From positions 2,136 through 66,135 of the forward strand of contig JBMOOP010000136.1 of assembly GCA_049324495.1 (NCBI GenBank): 64,000 nt of DNA, written 5' to 3'. The position numbers were made by a program, and so were the translations under genes. This document shows positions 1 through 10,450 of the stretch, piece after piece. Numbering within the stretch: position 1 is the stretch's first letter; the number at the start of each line of letters is the position of its first letter. A model generated the notes under the pieces. That model saw only the letters and a program-made list of their open reading frames with translations. It was not told where the DNA came from and ran no database searches. This stretch comes from Pseudomonadota bacterium (lineage in GTDB: Bacteria > Pseudomonadota > Gammaproteobacteria > Pseudomonadales > JADFDG01).

Positions 1-861
1 GTTGCCGTGACCCGTTTTGCGGAGGGCACCATTACGGATTCACTGTTTGCCAGCGGCAAGCGTGCGGGCATTAGCGACACAGTGATACTGAAGATGGCCG
101 ACGTGTTCGGCTATGACATCGATTTCGCGCTTGAAGTGCAGGAAGGTGACACTTTTCACGTACTGTACGAGGAAGTGCTTGTTGATGGCGAGAAAGTACG
201 CGATGGCGATGTGCTTGCTGCAGGGTTCACCAATCAGGGCAAAACATACCGCGCGGTGCGCTATACCACATCAAATGGTCAAACCGGCTATTACACGCCG
301 GACGGTCTTGCAATGCGCAAGGCGTTTTTGCGCACACCAGTTGACTTCGCGCGCATCAGCTCCGGATTTTCGCTGCGAAGGTTTCACCCTGTGCTGCACA
401 CTTTCCGCGCGCACAAGGGCGTCGACTATGCTGCTGCGCGCGGCACGCCAATCAAAGCAACTGCCGATGGGCGCATTGAATATGCGGGCAATAAGGGCGG
501 CTACGGTCGTACAGTCATCATCCAGCACGGCAACAGTCAATCGACGCTTTATGGGCACATGGATCGCTATGCGAAGAACATCCGATCCGGCGCACGCGTT
601 TCCCAGGGCCAGGTCATTGGTTACGTCGGCTCTTCCGGCCTGGCGAGTGGCCCGCATCTGCATTATGAATTCCGCGTCAACGGCGCACACGTCAACCCAC
701 TGAAGGTGAAGACGGCGCAGGCTTCGCCGATCGCCAGCGCCGAAAAGCCGGCATTCATGGCAGAAGCATCGCGGCTCGTCGCAATGCTGGACAGCTTCTC
801 CGGACGCACGGCGGTCGCGCAGGCTACGCCGGTGAGAAACAACAACACCGCCGATTTCTGA
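1..861 (+). CDS. M23-family murein endopeptidase (MepM/YebA-like), 5'-truncated by the window edge
   Basis: The reading frame is open from nt 1. The C-terminal LytM/M23 motifs are present: HKGVDYAA, GYGRTVIIQHG and GPHLHYEFRVNG. Confidence 0.85.
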   Translation, partial: VAVTRFAEGTITDSLFASGKRAGISDTVILKMADVFGYDIDFALEVQEGDTFHVLYEEVLVDGEKVRDGDVLAAGFTNQGKTYRAVRYTTSNGQTGYYTPDGLAMRKAFLRTPVDFARISSGFSLRRFHPVLHTFRAHKGVDYAAARGTPIKATADGRIEYAGNKGGYGRTVIIQHGNSQSTLYGHMDRYAKNIRSGARVSQGQVIGYVGSSGLASGPHLHYEFRVNGAHVNPLKVKTAQASPIASAEKPAFMAEASRLVAMLDSFSGRTAVAQATPVRNNNTADF

Positions 862-868
862 GTAGCCC

Positions 869-1999
869 ATGGCTACCGCACTGTTCATTGGCCTGATGTC
901 GGGCACCAGCGTAGATGGCATTGACGCTGCGCTGGTCGCCCTGTCTGGCGACTCCATCCCTCGCCTGCTCGCGGCACGCTGCATGCCCATGCCGGTGGAT
1001 CTGCGGACAAGAGTTCTCCTGCTCTCGCAACCTGGCGATAACGAAATTGACAGGCTCGGCGAGCTTGATGTCGATATCGGCAAGCAGTTTGCGCAAACCG
1101 CCTTGCACATGCTGTGCGACGCTGGAATCGCTGCACATCAAGTCACCGCAATCGGTAGCCACGGGCAAACCGTGCGGCACCGACCAGGCGCGACAACACC
1201 ATTCACAATGCAGATTGGCGATCCGAACACGATCGCCGCAATAACAGGTATCACGACTGTTGCCGACTTCCGGCGGCGGGATATGGCCGCTGGTGGTCAG
1301 GGCGCGCCACTGGTGCCTGCTTTTCACGATGCTGTTTTTCGCTCGCAATATGACGATCGACTGATCATCAACATCGGCGGAATGGCAAACATCACTCTAT
1401 TGCCGGCGGCACACGACAAACCTGTGCAGGGTTTCGATACCGGTCCCGGCAACGTACTGCTGGACGCCTGGAACGAACGGCATCATGGCTCTCCGCTGGA
1501 TCGTGACGGCACATGGGCGCGCACGGGCACTGTCGATCAACAATTACTCCAACAGTTGCTGGCGGATCCTTACTTCTGCGAACCGCCGCCGAAATCGACC
1601 GGTCGGGAGCGTTTCAGCCTCGCTTGGCTGGACGAAAAACTGGCGATGTGCAACCGTGCGGTGGCGAGCGAGAATGTGCAGGCCACGCTGGTGGAACTCA
1701 CCACGCGCACCATCGCCGACGCGGCCAGCAGATGGAGCCCATCGTCAGGTGGCGTCTATCTTTGCGGTGGCGGCGCGCACAATGCGTATCTGTGCGAACG
1801 ATTGGCTGTCGCAATGCCTGGCTGCCAGGTTGCATCAACAGCCGAATTGGGTGTCGATCCGGACTGGGTCGAAGCGATGGCATTTGCCTGGCTGGCACAG
1901 CGTACGCTGGCCGGACTTGCCGGCAATCTGCCGGCGGTTACCGGCGCCCGGCAGGCGGTGGTTCTGGGCGGGATTTATCCGGGCGCCACACCCAACTGA
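869..1999 (+). CDS. anmK: anhydro-N-acetylmuramic acid kinase
   Basis: 376 aa. It has the N-terminal GLMSGTSVDGIDAALV motif typical of AnmK and sits in a cell-wall recycling context next to the M23 peptidase. Confidence 0.9.
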   Translation: MATALFIGLMSGTSVDGIDAALVALSGDSIPRLLAARCMPMPVDLRTRVLLLSQPGDNEIDRLGELDVDIGKQFAQTALHMLCDAGIAAHQVTAIGSHGQTVRHRPGATTPFTMQIGDPNTIAAITGITTVADFRRRDMAAGGQGAPLVPAFHDAVFRSQYDDRLIINIGGMANITLLPAAHDKPVQGFDTGPGNVLLDAWNERHHGSPLDRDGTWARTGTVDQQLLQQLLADPYFCEPPPKSTGRERFSLAWLDEKLAMCNRAVASENVQATLVELTTRTIADAASRWSPSSGGVYLCGGGAHNAYLCERLAVAMPGCQVASTAELGVDPDWVEAMAFAWLAQRTLAGLAGNLPAVTGARQAVVLGGIYPGATPN

Positions 2000-2019
2000 A
2001 AGCGAAGCCCAGGCGATCA

Positions 2020-2373
2020 TCAAACAGAAAACGAAGAGCCGCAGCCGCAAGTGCTGCTCGCATTGGGATTTTCAATGACAAATCGCGCGCCTTGCAGGCC
2101 TTCAACATAATCAACCGTCGAACCGGCGAGGTACTGAATAGAAAGCGGGTCAATAAGCATAGTCACGCCATCACGCGCTACCGCCGTATCGTCGTCGTTG
2201 ACTGCTTCGTCGAACTTGAACCCGTAGGAGAACCCTGCGCAGCCACCACCAGTAATGTAAACGCGGAGCTTGAGGTTGTCGTTGCCCTCCTCAAGGCGCA
2301 ACGCCCGCAACTTGCGAGCAGCGTTTTCGGTCAGCGCCATGGCAGCGCCGTCAGCAGAGGCACTCACAATCAT
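2020..2373 (-). CDS. erpA: iron-sulfur cluster insertion protein ErpA (A-type carrier)
   Basis: 117 aa of the HesB/IscA family, with GCAGFSYGF and the C-terminal CGCGSSFSV cysteine motif. Confidence 0.9.
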   Translation of the reverse strand: MIVSASADGAAMALTENAARKLRALRLEEGNDNLKLRVYITGGGCAGFSYGFKFDEAVNDDDTAVARDGVTMLIDPLSIQYLAGSTVDYVEGLQGARFVIENPNASSTCGCGSSFSV

Positions 2374-2448
2374 GATCTCGCAGGTTGGGCAGGACGACGC
2401 CGGATTGATGCATAGCCGGTATCATAGCGGAACATCCTACCTCTACGG

Positions 2449-2826
2449 TCAACTATTGGCAGGGGCCTCTGCGGACGCGTGCTGCAACACACCATCAATC
2501 CGGGCACCAACGACTATCTCGATCAGCCGATAGTGCACGTTGCCCCTGACCACCGCCTTCGCCGCGAGCTCCAGCCGCCCGTCAACGTGAACGTCGCCAC
2601 GCACCTCGCCGTTGATTACCACGTGTGGCGCACGGATTTCGCCTTCGATCAGGCCTCCTTCACCTATCACCAGTTCACCCCCCTCGGGACCAGCCAGCAC
2701 ACTGCCCTGCACATGGCCCTGCACGTGCAGGGCGCCGGTAAAATGGATATCACCGACCACGCGGGCATTGGCAGCGATCAACGTGTGACCGCCCGCAGCA
2801 CCCTTACTTTTAGCCTTGCCCAGCAT
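2449..2826 (-). CDS. bactofilin-family polymer-forming cytoskeletal protein
   Basis: 125 aa with a repetitive beta-helix pattern (VVGDIHFTGALHVQGHVQGSV ... IEGEIRAPHVVINGEVRGDVHV) characteristic of bactofilin/CcmA. Confidence 0.8.
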   Translation of the reverse strand: MLGKAKSKGAAGGHTLIAANARVVGDIHFTGALHVQGHVQGSVLAGPEGGELVIGEGGLIEGEIRAPHVVINGEVRGDVHVDGRLELAAKAVVRGNVHYRLIEIVVGARIDGVLQHASAEAPANS

Positions 2827-3568
2827 TGGCGGGGGTCTCCTGTGGTTTGGTAATGGCCCGGCGGTGCCAGGATTTCTCGATCCGATCCGGGCGCGGCGCG
2901 GTCAACACGACGACGAGATCGACACGCAGCGGCCTCGTCCCCGGCGGTAACCTCAGCTCAGCCTTGATATCTTCGACATAACGTACACGGAACTGCTGCC
3001 CCCCGGGAGGCAACACCTGCGCGATCAACAGTTCGTCACTGCCTGACGGACCCTCGACGATCACCCGACCCTCGAAGCGCCCCTCCACCACGCCATCGGT
3101 TTCACCGGTGCGCACCAGCAACGCCTCAAGCAACCACACCGCCGGCGTACCTGCCGAGGAGAGGGCCAACCGCTCGACCCGCAGTCCCTTGCCACTGCGA
3201 TCAGGAATGGCGACTCGCCGGTAATAGGCGATTGCCTGTTCCAGCTCGGCCACTCGATCCTGAAGCTCGCGATTCTCGATCCGCACCCGCTCCTCAACGG
3301 CGTGCGTAACCTCGCCACCACTGCGGTATACCGCCAGCTCATCGCGCAACACCCGGTTTTCGTCGATAACGCGCCCAAGATCGATCGCCACATTGATATC
3401 GGCACCGGTGCCGGCCATGCTCATCAGCGTCGAGTAACGGCCGCCAAACCAAGCACCGACAGCGATCAAGCCAACGCTCAGAAGCAGCAGCGCCAGCAAC
3501 GCACGCCGCCGACCCAATCGATCGGCAATGACCACCATCGGATAAACGCGCGGACCCTTGACCGTCAC
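2810..3568 (-). CDS. hypothetical membrane-anchored coiled-coil protein (bactofilin partner candidate)
   Basis: 252 aa with one N-terminal TM segment (ALLALLLLSVGLIAVGAWFGG) followed by a heptad-like region (ENRVLRDELAVY ... IENRELQDRVAELEQAIAYY). Its 3' end overlaps the bactofilin start by 17 nt. I recognise no catalytic motif. Confidence 0.6.
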   Translation of the reverse strand: MTVKGPRVYPMVVIADRLGRRRALLALLLLSVGLIAVGAWFGGRYSTLMSMAGTGADINVAIDLGRVIDENRVLRDELAVYRSGGEVTHAVEERVRIENRELQDRVAELEQAIAYYRRVAIPDRSGKGLRVERLALSSAGTPAVWLLEALLVRTGETDGVVEGRFEGRVIVEGPSGSDELLIAQVLPPGGQQFRVRYVEDIKAELRLPPGTRPLRVDLVVVLTAPRPDRIEKSWHRRAITKPQETPANAGQG

Positions 3569-3579
3569 GACAGCCGACC

Positions 3580-4614
3580 TCAGGGCAACAGCGCGACCTG
3601 CTCAAGACCGGTGGTCTCGGCAAGGCCAAACAGCAGGTTCATGTTCTGTACCGCCTGGCCGGCCGCGCCCTTGACCAGATTGTCGATCACCGACAGCACC
3701 ACCACAGTGTCGCCATCCTGTGGCCGGTGCACGGCAATCCGGCAAACGTTCGCCCCCCGCACGCTGCGGGTTTCCGGATGCGAGCCGGCAGGCAGCACAT
3801 CCACGAATGGCTCGTTGGCGTAGCGCTGCTCGTAGATTTTCTGCAGATCACCGTGCGGATCCCTGAGGGTGGCGTAAAGCGTGGCATGGATGCCCCGCAC
3901 CATCGGCACGAGGTGCGACACAAACGTCAGCCCCACACTGACTCCGGCCGCCACACCCAGCCCCTGGCGAATCTCCGGCAGGTGACGATGCCCGGCGACT
4001 CCGTAGGCCTTGAAGGACTCGGACGCTTCGCTGTAGAGGATATCGACCCGTGCATGGCGCCCGGCACCGGAGACACCCGATTTGGCGTCGGCAATCAGAC
4101 GCTGCGGATCGACAAGGCCCTGCTCAATGAGCGGCAGGAAGCCCAATTGCACAGCAGTCGGGTAACAACCGGGGTTGGCAATCAGCCGCGCCTTGCGGAT
4201 CTGCTCGCGATTGACCTCCGGCAAGCCATAAACGGCTTCGGCGAGGAGCGCCGGGCACTTGTGCGGCATGCCGTACCAGCGCTCCCAGACAGCCGCATCC
4301 TTGAGACGGAAGTCGGCGGCAAGATCAATGACCTTGACCCCGGCAGCAATCAGGGCGGGGGCCGACTCCATCGCAATCCCGTTGGGGGTGGCGAAGAACA
4401 CCACGTTGCACTGGCGCAGCACATTGATATCCGGCGCGCTGAACGCGAGATCAAGATGACCACGCAGATTAGGGTAGGCATCGGTTACTCGCTGACCGGC
4501 ATCGGAACGGGACGTAATCACATCAAGACGCACCACCGGGTGCTGACTCAGAAGCCGCAGCAACTCGACGCCGGTGTACCCGGTACCACCTACCACACCC
4601 ACGCTGATCGTCAC
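3580..4614 (-). CDS. argC: N-acetyl-gamma-glutamyl-phosphate reductase
   Basis: It carries [18 protein letters not shown] (NAD-binding) and the catalytic NPGCYPT motif. I chose the GTG start at 4614, which gives 344 aa. The track ORF extends to 4725 with a non-homologous, Arg-rich extension. Confidence 0.9.
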   Translation of the reverse strand: MTISVGVVGGTGYTGVELLRLLSQHPVVRLDVITSRSDAGQRVTDAYPNLRGHLDLAFSAPDINVLRQCNVVFFATPNGIAMESAPALIAAGVKVIDLAADFRLKDAAVWERWYGMPHKCPALLAEAVYGLPEVNREQIRKARLIANPGCYPTAVQLGFLPLIEQGLVDPQRLIADAKSGVSGAGRHARVDILYSEASESFKAYGVAGHRHLPEIRQGLGVAAGVSVGLTFVSHLVPMVRGIHATLYATLRDPHGDLQKIYEQRYANEPFVDVLPAGSHPETRSVRGANVCRIAVHRPQDGDTVVVLSVIDNLVKGAAGQAVQNMNLLFGLAETTGLEQVALLP

Positions 4615-4781
4615 GGCAAAACTCCCGAATCCACTCAAACTCACGCAAGGGCCGATCAATCTACCGGCGCGCCGGGACAACGGCAACCGCCGATTGCCGC
4701 CGCACGCAACCGGACGAACCCGCATGGCATCGTTGCTTCTGCGATAATCGGCGTCCCTCAGCGCACCGGAGAGTACAAACC

Positions 4782-5222
4782 GTGTACCTATGGCTCAAGG
4801 CCCTGCACATCATCGCCGTTGTGACCTGGTTCGCAGCACTGCTTTATTTGCCGCGCCTGTTCGTTTATCACGCACTGACCGACGCGACAGATACCGTCGG
4901 CCGCGAGCGCTTCAAGATTATGGAACGCAAGCTATACCGCGGCATCATGACACCCTCGGCAATCGCTGTGCTGGTGCTTGGTGTCTGGCTGCTGGCGCTG
5001 AACTGGGATTTCTACAAAACCCAGGGCTGGATGCACGCCAAGCTCACGCTCGTGTTCCTGCTCTATGGTTATCACGGTATGTGCGGCCGCCTCGTGCGCG
5101 AGTTCGCCAATGATCGCAATACGCATTCGCACGTCTTCTATCGCGTCTTCAACGAAGTGCCGGCGCTGCTGCTGGTTGCTGTGGTAGTGCTGGTCGTGGT
5201 GCGGCCATTCGCCGGCGGCTGA
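4782..5222 (+). CDS. hemJ: protoporphyrinogen IX oxidase HemJ (UPF0093/CopD-like membrane protein)
   Basis: 146 aa with about 4 TM segments and the N-terminal signature [23 protein letters not shown]. Confidence 0.85.
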   Translation: MYLWLKALHIIAVVTWFAALLYLPRLFVYHALTDATDTVGRERFKIMERKLYRGIMTPSAIAVLVLGVWLLALNWDFYKTQGWMHAKLTLVFLLYGYHGMCGRLVREFANDRNTHSHVFYRVFNEVPALLLVAVVVLVVVRPFAGG

Positions 5223-5223
5223 G

Positions 5224-6060
5224 ATGAATTTCGCCAAATTGCCCCCGAAACCGGTCGTTGTGGTCTTTGCCGGCCACGACCCCACCGGTGGTGCCGGCAT
5301 CCAGGCTGACAGCGAGGCAATCGCCTCGCTCGGTTGTCACGCGGCCACTGTTGTGACCGCATTGACCGTGCAGGACACGCGCAATGTGGTGTCGTTTGAG
5401 TCGATCCGGCCCGCGCTGCTTGCCGCGCAAGCGAAGACGTTGCTCGACGATATCACCCCGACGGCATTCAAGATCGGCATGATCGGCAGTACGGAAAATG
5501 CACGCACCATTGCTGCAATACTGAAAAAACATCGCGGCGTCCCGGTGGTGCTCGACCCGGTGCTCACCGCAGGCGGCGGTAGTGTACTGGCCGACACCGC
5601 CTTGCGGCGCGCATTGCTGGACGAGCTTTTCCCGCTTGCCACCCTCGTAACGCCGAACGGCCTCGAGGCGCGGGCGCTGGCACCAATGGCAGATACGCTC
5701 GCCGCCTGCGCGCAGGAACTGCTTGCGGCCGGTTGCCGGCATGTGCTCATCACCGGCGGTCATGAAGCCGGCCCGGAAGTGGTGAGCCGACTCTATGGCG
5801 GACACACTGCGCTGGCGCGCCACGCCTGGCCACGACTGCCCGGCGAATTCCATGGCTCCGGCTGCACGCTTGCCAGCGCCATTGCCGCCTTGCTGGCGCA
5901 GGGCGCGGACATCGCCAGCGCGGTTGACGAAGCGCTCGCCTACACCTGGCACGCATTGGGCAATGCCCAGACCCCAGGACACGGGCAGGCGATCCCCGAC
6001 CGTTTTTTCTGGGTCCGATCTTTCGACGCCAAGGAAGGTCGCTGGCAGCGCAGCAACTGA
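5224..6060 (+). CDS. thiD: hydroxymethylpyrimidine / phosphomethylpyrimidine kinase
   Basis: 278 aa with the GHDPTGGAGIQAD motif and the ribokinase-like C-terminal GSGCTLASAIA. It starts 1 nt after the hemJ stop. Confidence 0.9.
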   Translation: MNFAKLPPKPVVVVFAGHDPTGGAGIQADSEAIASLGCHAATVVTALTVQDTRNVVSFESIRPALLAAQAKTLLDDITPTAFKIGMIGSTENARTIAAILKKHRGVPVVLDPVLTAGGGSVLADTALRRALLDELFPLATLVTPNGLEARALAPMADTLAACAQELLAAGCRHVLITGGHEAGPEVVSRLYGGHTALARHAWPRLPGEFHGSGCTLASAIAALLAQGADIASAVDEALAYTWHALGNAQTPGHGQAIPDRFFWVRSFDAKEGRWQRSN

Positions 6061-6061
6061 G

Positions 6062-6703
6062 ATGCAAACCTTCATGCAACTCATTGGCCTCTATGCCATT
6101 ACCGATCCTGATCTGTTGCCCGGCACGCAACTGGTCGAGGCCGCCGCTGCCGCAATCGACGGGGGCGCCACCATCGTCCAATACCGCAACAAGCGGGCCG
6201 ATAGCGCAACCCGGCGGCGCGAGGCGGAAATTCTCAACACCCTGTGCCGCGAGGCGGGCGCGCTGTTGATCATCAATGACGATATCGATCTGGCGTTGAG
6301 TTGCGGCGCGCATGGCGTGCACCTGGGCCAACAAGACGGCACCATCGCCGAGGCACGCGCCCGACTCGGCGAGGACGCCGTGATCGGCCAGAGCTGTCAC
6401 GCCTCGCTCGAACGTGCGATCACGGCACAGGCAGCCGGCGCGAACTACGTTGCCTTTGGGCGTTTTTTTACTTCGCACACCAAACCGCAGGCAGCGCCGG
6501 CGGAGATCGCACTGCTGGCCGAGGCACGCGCGGTCATCGACATCCCGATCGTCGCCATCGGCGGCGTGACGGTTGCCAATGCGCCCGCGCTGATTCATGC
6601 GGGCGCTGATGCTGTTGCCGTCATTCACGGCCTGTTCGGCGCTACCGATGTCACTGCGCGGGCGCGCGAATTCACCGCTCTGTTCAATCGAGGACCTATT
6701 TGA
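6062..6703 (+). CDS. thiE: thiamine-phosphate synthase
   Basis: The ATG at 6062 gives 213 aa beginning [15 protein letters not shown]. It has the TMP-TENI motifs VHLGQQD and VAIGGV. The track ORF from 5795 is an upstream extension that overlaps thiD. Confidence 0.9.
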   Translation: MQTFMQLIGLYAITDPDLLPGTQLVEAAAAAIDGGATIVQYRNKRADSATRRREAEILNTLCREAGALLIINDDIDLALSCGAHGVHLGQQDGTIAEARARLGEDAVIGQSCHASLERAITAQAAGANYVAFGRFFTSHTKPQAAPAEIALLAEARAVIDIPIVAIGGVTVANAPALIHAGADAVAVIHGLFGATDVTARAREFTALFNRGPI

Positions 6704-7983
6704 TGAGCCGCTCCGAAGAACTGTTCGCTCGTGCCCGGCAATCAATTCCCGGCGGAGTGAATTCGCCGGTGCGGGCCTTTCGGCAAGTAGGCGGCGCGCC
6801 GATATTTTTTGTGCGCGGCGCAGGCGCATACGTCACCGACGCAGATGGAAAACGCTACATAGATTATGTGCAGAGCTGGGGGCCTCTGGTGCTCGGGCAC
6901 GCGCATCCGGCAGTGCTTGATGCAGTCAAGCGCACTGCCGAGAGCGGCCTTTCGTTCGGTGCGCCGACCGAGCTGGAAGTTCGCATGGCCGAGCGCGTCA
7001 AAGTAATCGTGCCGTCGATGGATCTGCTGCGCATGGTCAACTCCGGCACCGAAGCAACGATGAGTGCAATCCGGCTGGCGCGGGGTTTTACCGGCCGCGA
7101 CCGTATCGTCAAGTTCGAAGGCTGCTACCACGGTCATGCCGACTCGCTGCTGGTAAAAGCCGGTTCCGGTGCGCTGACCCTTGGCGTGCCGAGTTCCGCC
7201 GGCGTGCCCGCCGATCTCGCGCAGCACACCATCACCCTCGATTACAACGATGCGCAGCAGGTGCGCGAATATTTTGCACGCGAAGGCAGCAAGGTTGCGG
7301 CGCTCATCGTCGAGCCGGTTGCCGGCAACATGAACTGCATTCCGCCGGCAGCGGGCTTTCTCGAAACGCTGCGCGAGGTATGCGATAACCACGGTACGGT
7401 GCTGATCTTCGATGAAGTCATGACAGGTTTTCGCGTCGCCCTCGGCGGCGCGCAGGCACACTACAACATCAGGCCGGATCTGACCTGCCTGGGCAAGGTG
7501 ATCGGCGCCGGATTACCGGTTGGCGCATTCGGCGGCCGGCGCGACATCATGGAAAAAATTGCGCCGCTCGGCCCTGTTTACCAGGCCGGCACGCTCTCCG
7601 GAAATCCGCTGGCAATGGCCGCCGGGCTGGCGATGCTCGACGCGATCGAACAACCGGGCTTTTATGCCGGACTGACGCGGCACACCACAGCGTTCATGGA
7701 CGGCCTCCGTGCCGAGGCGGAAAAAGCCGGGGTGCCGCTGACCACCAACCAGGCCGGCTCAATGTTCGGATTCTTTTTCACGACCGAACAGCAGATTGCG
7801 CGTTTCGCGCAAGTGACGCAGTGCGACATCGAACGATTCAAACGTTTCTTCCACCTGATGCTCGCTGAAGGTGTCTATCTGGCACCGAGCGCCTATGAAG
7901 CAGGGTTCATGTCCGGCGCGCACACCGACGCCGATATCGCCGCCAGCGTGCAGGCGGCCGGGCACTGCTTCGCGCGACTTTGA
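6703..7983 (+). CDS. hemL: glutamate-1-semialdehyde 2,1-aminomutase
   Basis: Class III PLP aminotransferase with [22 protein letters not shown] and the Lys in CLGKVIGAG. Its ATG overlaps the thiE stop (TGATG). Confidence 0.92.
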   Translation: MSRSEELFARARQSIPGGVNSPVRAFRQVGGAPIFFVRGAGAYVTDADGKRYIDYVQSWGPLVLGHAHPAVLDAVKRTAESGLSFGAPTELEVRMAERVKVIVPSMDLLRMVNSGTEATMSAIRLARGFTGRDRIVKFEGCYHGHADSLLVKAGSGALTLGVPSSAGVPADLAQHTITLDYNDAQQVREYFAREGSKVAALIVEPVAGNMNCIPPAAGFLETLREVCDNHGTVLIFDEVMTGFRVALGGAQAHYNIRPDLTCLGKVIGAGLPVGAFGGRRDIMEKIAPLGPVYQAGTLSGNPLAMAAGLAMLDAIEQPGFYAGLTRHTTAFMDGLRAEAEKAGVPLTTNQAGSMFGFFFTTEQQIARFAQVTQCDIERFKRFFHLMLAEGVYLAPSAYEAGFMSGAHTDADIAASVQAAGHCFARL

Positions 7984-8005
7984 TCAACACAGGCACCCAC
8001 CCGGC

Positions 8006-10366
8006 TCACTCAACCAGGCGACGAAAGAAACCCTTGACCCCCTCAACGGCTTCGAACGTCGCCCCGCACAACGTCGCCCGCTCCGGCACCGTGCCGGCGA
8101 TCACCGGCACACGCACTGCGGCGCCGCAGCCTTCTGCGGCCCGAACCTCACCGCCAGGCACCAGCCACGCCCACTCGACGCCAATCGGGGCAACTGGGGA
8201 CAACGCCAGCTGCGGCAAGCGGCCCATGAAATCAGTCCAGATCCGCAGGGCACCGGTTGCACCCGATAGCGCTGTCGCGCGGTTGTCGTCGTAACCGACC
8301 CAGGCGACGGCCAAATGACTGCCGGTAAAGCCGGCAAACCAACTGTCGCGCGCATTGTCGGTCGTCCCGGTTTTACCGGCAGCGTCGATTTCCCGCGGCA
8401 AAAAATTGTAGACGCTGCGCGCCGTGCCGCGCCGCACAGTTTCCTGCATCGCATGCGTCAGCAGGAAGGCGGCCGCTGGCGACAACACACGTTCAGTGCG
8501 CGTTTCCCGCACCAGCAATACCGTGCCGTCGGCAGCCAGCACCCCGCGTACCGCACGCGGATGAACGCGCAACCCGCCGGAAGCCAACGGCTGGTACATC
8601 CCCAGCACCTCCAACGGCGACAGCGTGGCACTGCCGAGCAGCAGCGCCGGATAAGGCGGCAACTCCGCTTCAACACCGAGCGCACGGGCCTGACGGATGA
8701 TTGTCTCGATGCCAAGCTCGAGTCCGAGCTGCGCCGTCGCCTGATTCCAGGAATTGACAAGCGCGTCAACCAGCAGCACCCGATGATCCGGTGCCTCACC
8801 GTGACTGACATGATCGTAATTGGCAGGCCGCCAGGGCGGGCTGCCCTTCACGTTCACGCTGATCGGCGCGTCGCTGATGAAACTGGCCAGTGAATAACGC
8901 TGCGGCTGTTGCAGGGCGGCGAGAAATACCACCGGTTTCATCAGCGAACCGATGGTGCGCCGCGCATCGACAACGCGATTGAACCCGGCGAAATCGACAT
9001 CGCGACCACCAACCGCCGCCTCGATCTCGCCGGTCTGCGGCACCGCTACCACCAGCGCACCTTCAAGACCGGTCATTCCGCTGTCTTTTTCAATTTGCAC
9101 CAGCGTTTGTGCAAGCGCCGCCTCGGCAGCCTGCTGCACCCCAGGATCAAGCGCGGTAAATACCGCCAGACCGTCGCCGGTCAATGCCTCATTGTCGAGC
9201 CGCGATTGCAGTTCCGCGCGCACGATGGCCATGTACGCCGGATAACGATTCAGACGCAGACGCGGCGTCGGCACAATATTCAGCGGCAGATTTTTCGCGG
9301 TCCCGGCGCGCACTCGGTCAACGCCGCCGGTGGCAACCAGCGCATCGAGCACGGTATTGCGTCGTTCGCGGGCACGCTCCGGATGCCGCCAGGGATTCAG
9401 TTGACTGGGCCCCTTGATCAAACCGACCAGCAAGGCAACCTCATGCAGTTGCAGCTCCGCCACCGGCCGGCCGAAATAGTACAGGCTGCCGAGCGCAAAA
9501 CCGTGGACGGCGCGCTGGCCGGCCTGGCCAAGATAAATCTCGTTGCAGTAAGTTTCGATAATCGTGTTCTTGTCGTAATGAACCTCGAGCAACACCGCCA
9601 TGATCGCTTCGACCAGCTTGCGCGCCAGCGTGCGTTCGTTGTCGAGATAAAAATTCTTCACCAGTTGCTGGGTGAGCGTGCTGCCGCCCTGCTGCACTTC
9701 GCCGGATTTCACATTGACCCACAAAGCGCGCAGCATGCCGCGCGGCGAGATGCCGATGTGCTCAGGGAAATTCCGGTCCTCAACCGCCAACAACATCTCA
9801 AGCAGAAAGGGCGGCCGCTCGCCGAGCCGCATCAGCACGCGATCCTCAGCGTCTTTCGGGCGAATGGTGCCGATCACGACCGGCTCCAGACGCAGGATGC
9901 GATCCGCCGCAGTCAGCCGTTCGATGCGTGCCGCAGAAAAAGAGAGTGTCGCTTTCTGCGGACGCGTCCTCCCTTCCGGAAAAACAAACCCGCGCGTCAC
10001 CAGCTGCACCGTCAAGCCATCGGCACTGATCGCGAATTCGCCCTGCGCTGCCGGCGCCGCAACTTCTCGATAACCGAGCTCACGCAATTCGCCAAGCAAT
10101 GCCGTCACAGTGAGTGGCCGGCCGGCGTAAAGATCAAGCGGACGGGCATAAACGCGCGCCGGCACCGTCCAGCGATGCGCATCGAAGGTTTTGGTCACTA
10201 CCGCATCAAGGTAGGCGACATACAGTGTGCATACCGTCAATCCGGCGATCATTGCCCGGAGCAGGAAACGGCGCGCTGCAGGCCAGGGCCCACCGCGCAG
10301 GCGCTTACGGCGCCCGGCGACCGGGCCTGAGGAGTTATTGCGGGCAGGTTTCGACATGGCGCGCGA
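8006..10366 (-). CDS. mrcB: penicillin-binding protein 1B (bifunctional glycosyltransferase/transpeptidase)
   Basis: TM anchor followed by a UB2H-like region. GT51 motifs are EDRNF and GGSTLTQQL. Transpeptidase motifs are SLMK (SxxK), SWN (SxN) and KTGT. The ATG at 10366 begins MSKPARNN. The track ORF extension to 10843 has no homolog-like sequence. Confidence 0.88.
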   Translation of the reverse strand, partial: SRAMSKPARNNSSGPVAGRRKRLRGGPWPAARRFLLRAMIAGLTVCTLYVAYLDAVVTKTFDAHRWTVPARVYARPLDLYAGRPLTVTALLGELRELGYREVAAPAAQGEFAISADGLTVQLVTRGFVFPEGRTRPQKATLSFSAARIERLTAADRILRLEPVVIGTIRPKDAEDRVLMRLGERPPFLLEMLLAVEDRNFPEHIGISPRGMLRALWVNVKSGEVQQGGSTLTQQLVKNFYLDNERTLARKLVEAIMAVLLEVHYDKNTIIETYCNEIYLGQAGQRAVHGFALGSLYYFGRPVAELQLHEVALLVGLIKGPSQLNPWRHPERARERRNTVLDALVATGGVDRVRAGTAKNLPLNIVPTPRLRLNRYPAYMAIVRAELQSRLDNEALTGDGLAVFTALDPGVQQAAEAALAQTLVQIEKDSGMTGLEGALVVAVPQTGEIEAAVGGRDVDFAGFNRVVDARRTIGSLMKPVVFLAALQQPQRYSLASFISDAPISVNVKGSPPWRPANYDHVSHGEAPDHRVLLVDALVNSWNQATAQLGLELGIETIIRQARALGVEAELPPYPALLLGSATLSPLEVLGMYQPLASGGLRVHPRAVRGVLAADGTVLLVRETRTERVLSPAAAFLLTHAMQETVRRGTARSVYNFLPREIDAAGKTGTTDNARDSWFAGFTGSHLAVAWVGYDDNRATALSGATGALRIWTDFMGRLPQLALSPVAPIGVEWAWLVPGGEVRAAEGCGAAVRVPVIAGTVPERATLCGATFEAVEGVKGFFRRLVE

Positions 10367-10450
10367 GTATAGCCCGCGCGGTACGGCTAGAATGTGCGCC
10401 GTCGCAACCTGGCCTTTATGCCCCAACTGCTCTGCCACAGGAGACATCGG

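Noticed and set aside
5213-6070. CTGAGA sequences at the hemJ/thiD and thiD/thiE junctions as possible TPP riboswitch (thi-box) fragments.
   Set aside because: They are simply stop codon plus GA plus ATG junctions inside a gapless operon. There is no space for an aptamer and no accompanying conserved thi-box helices.
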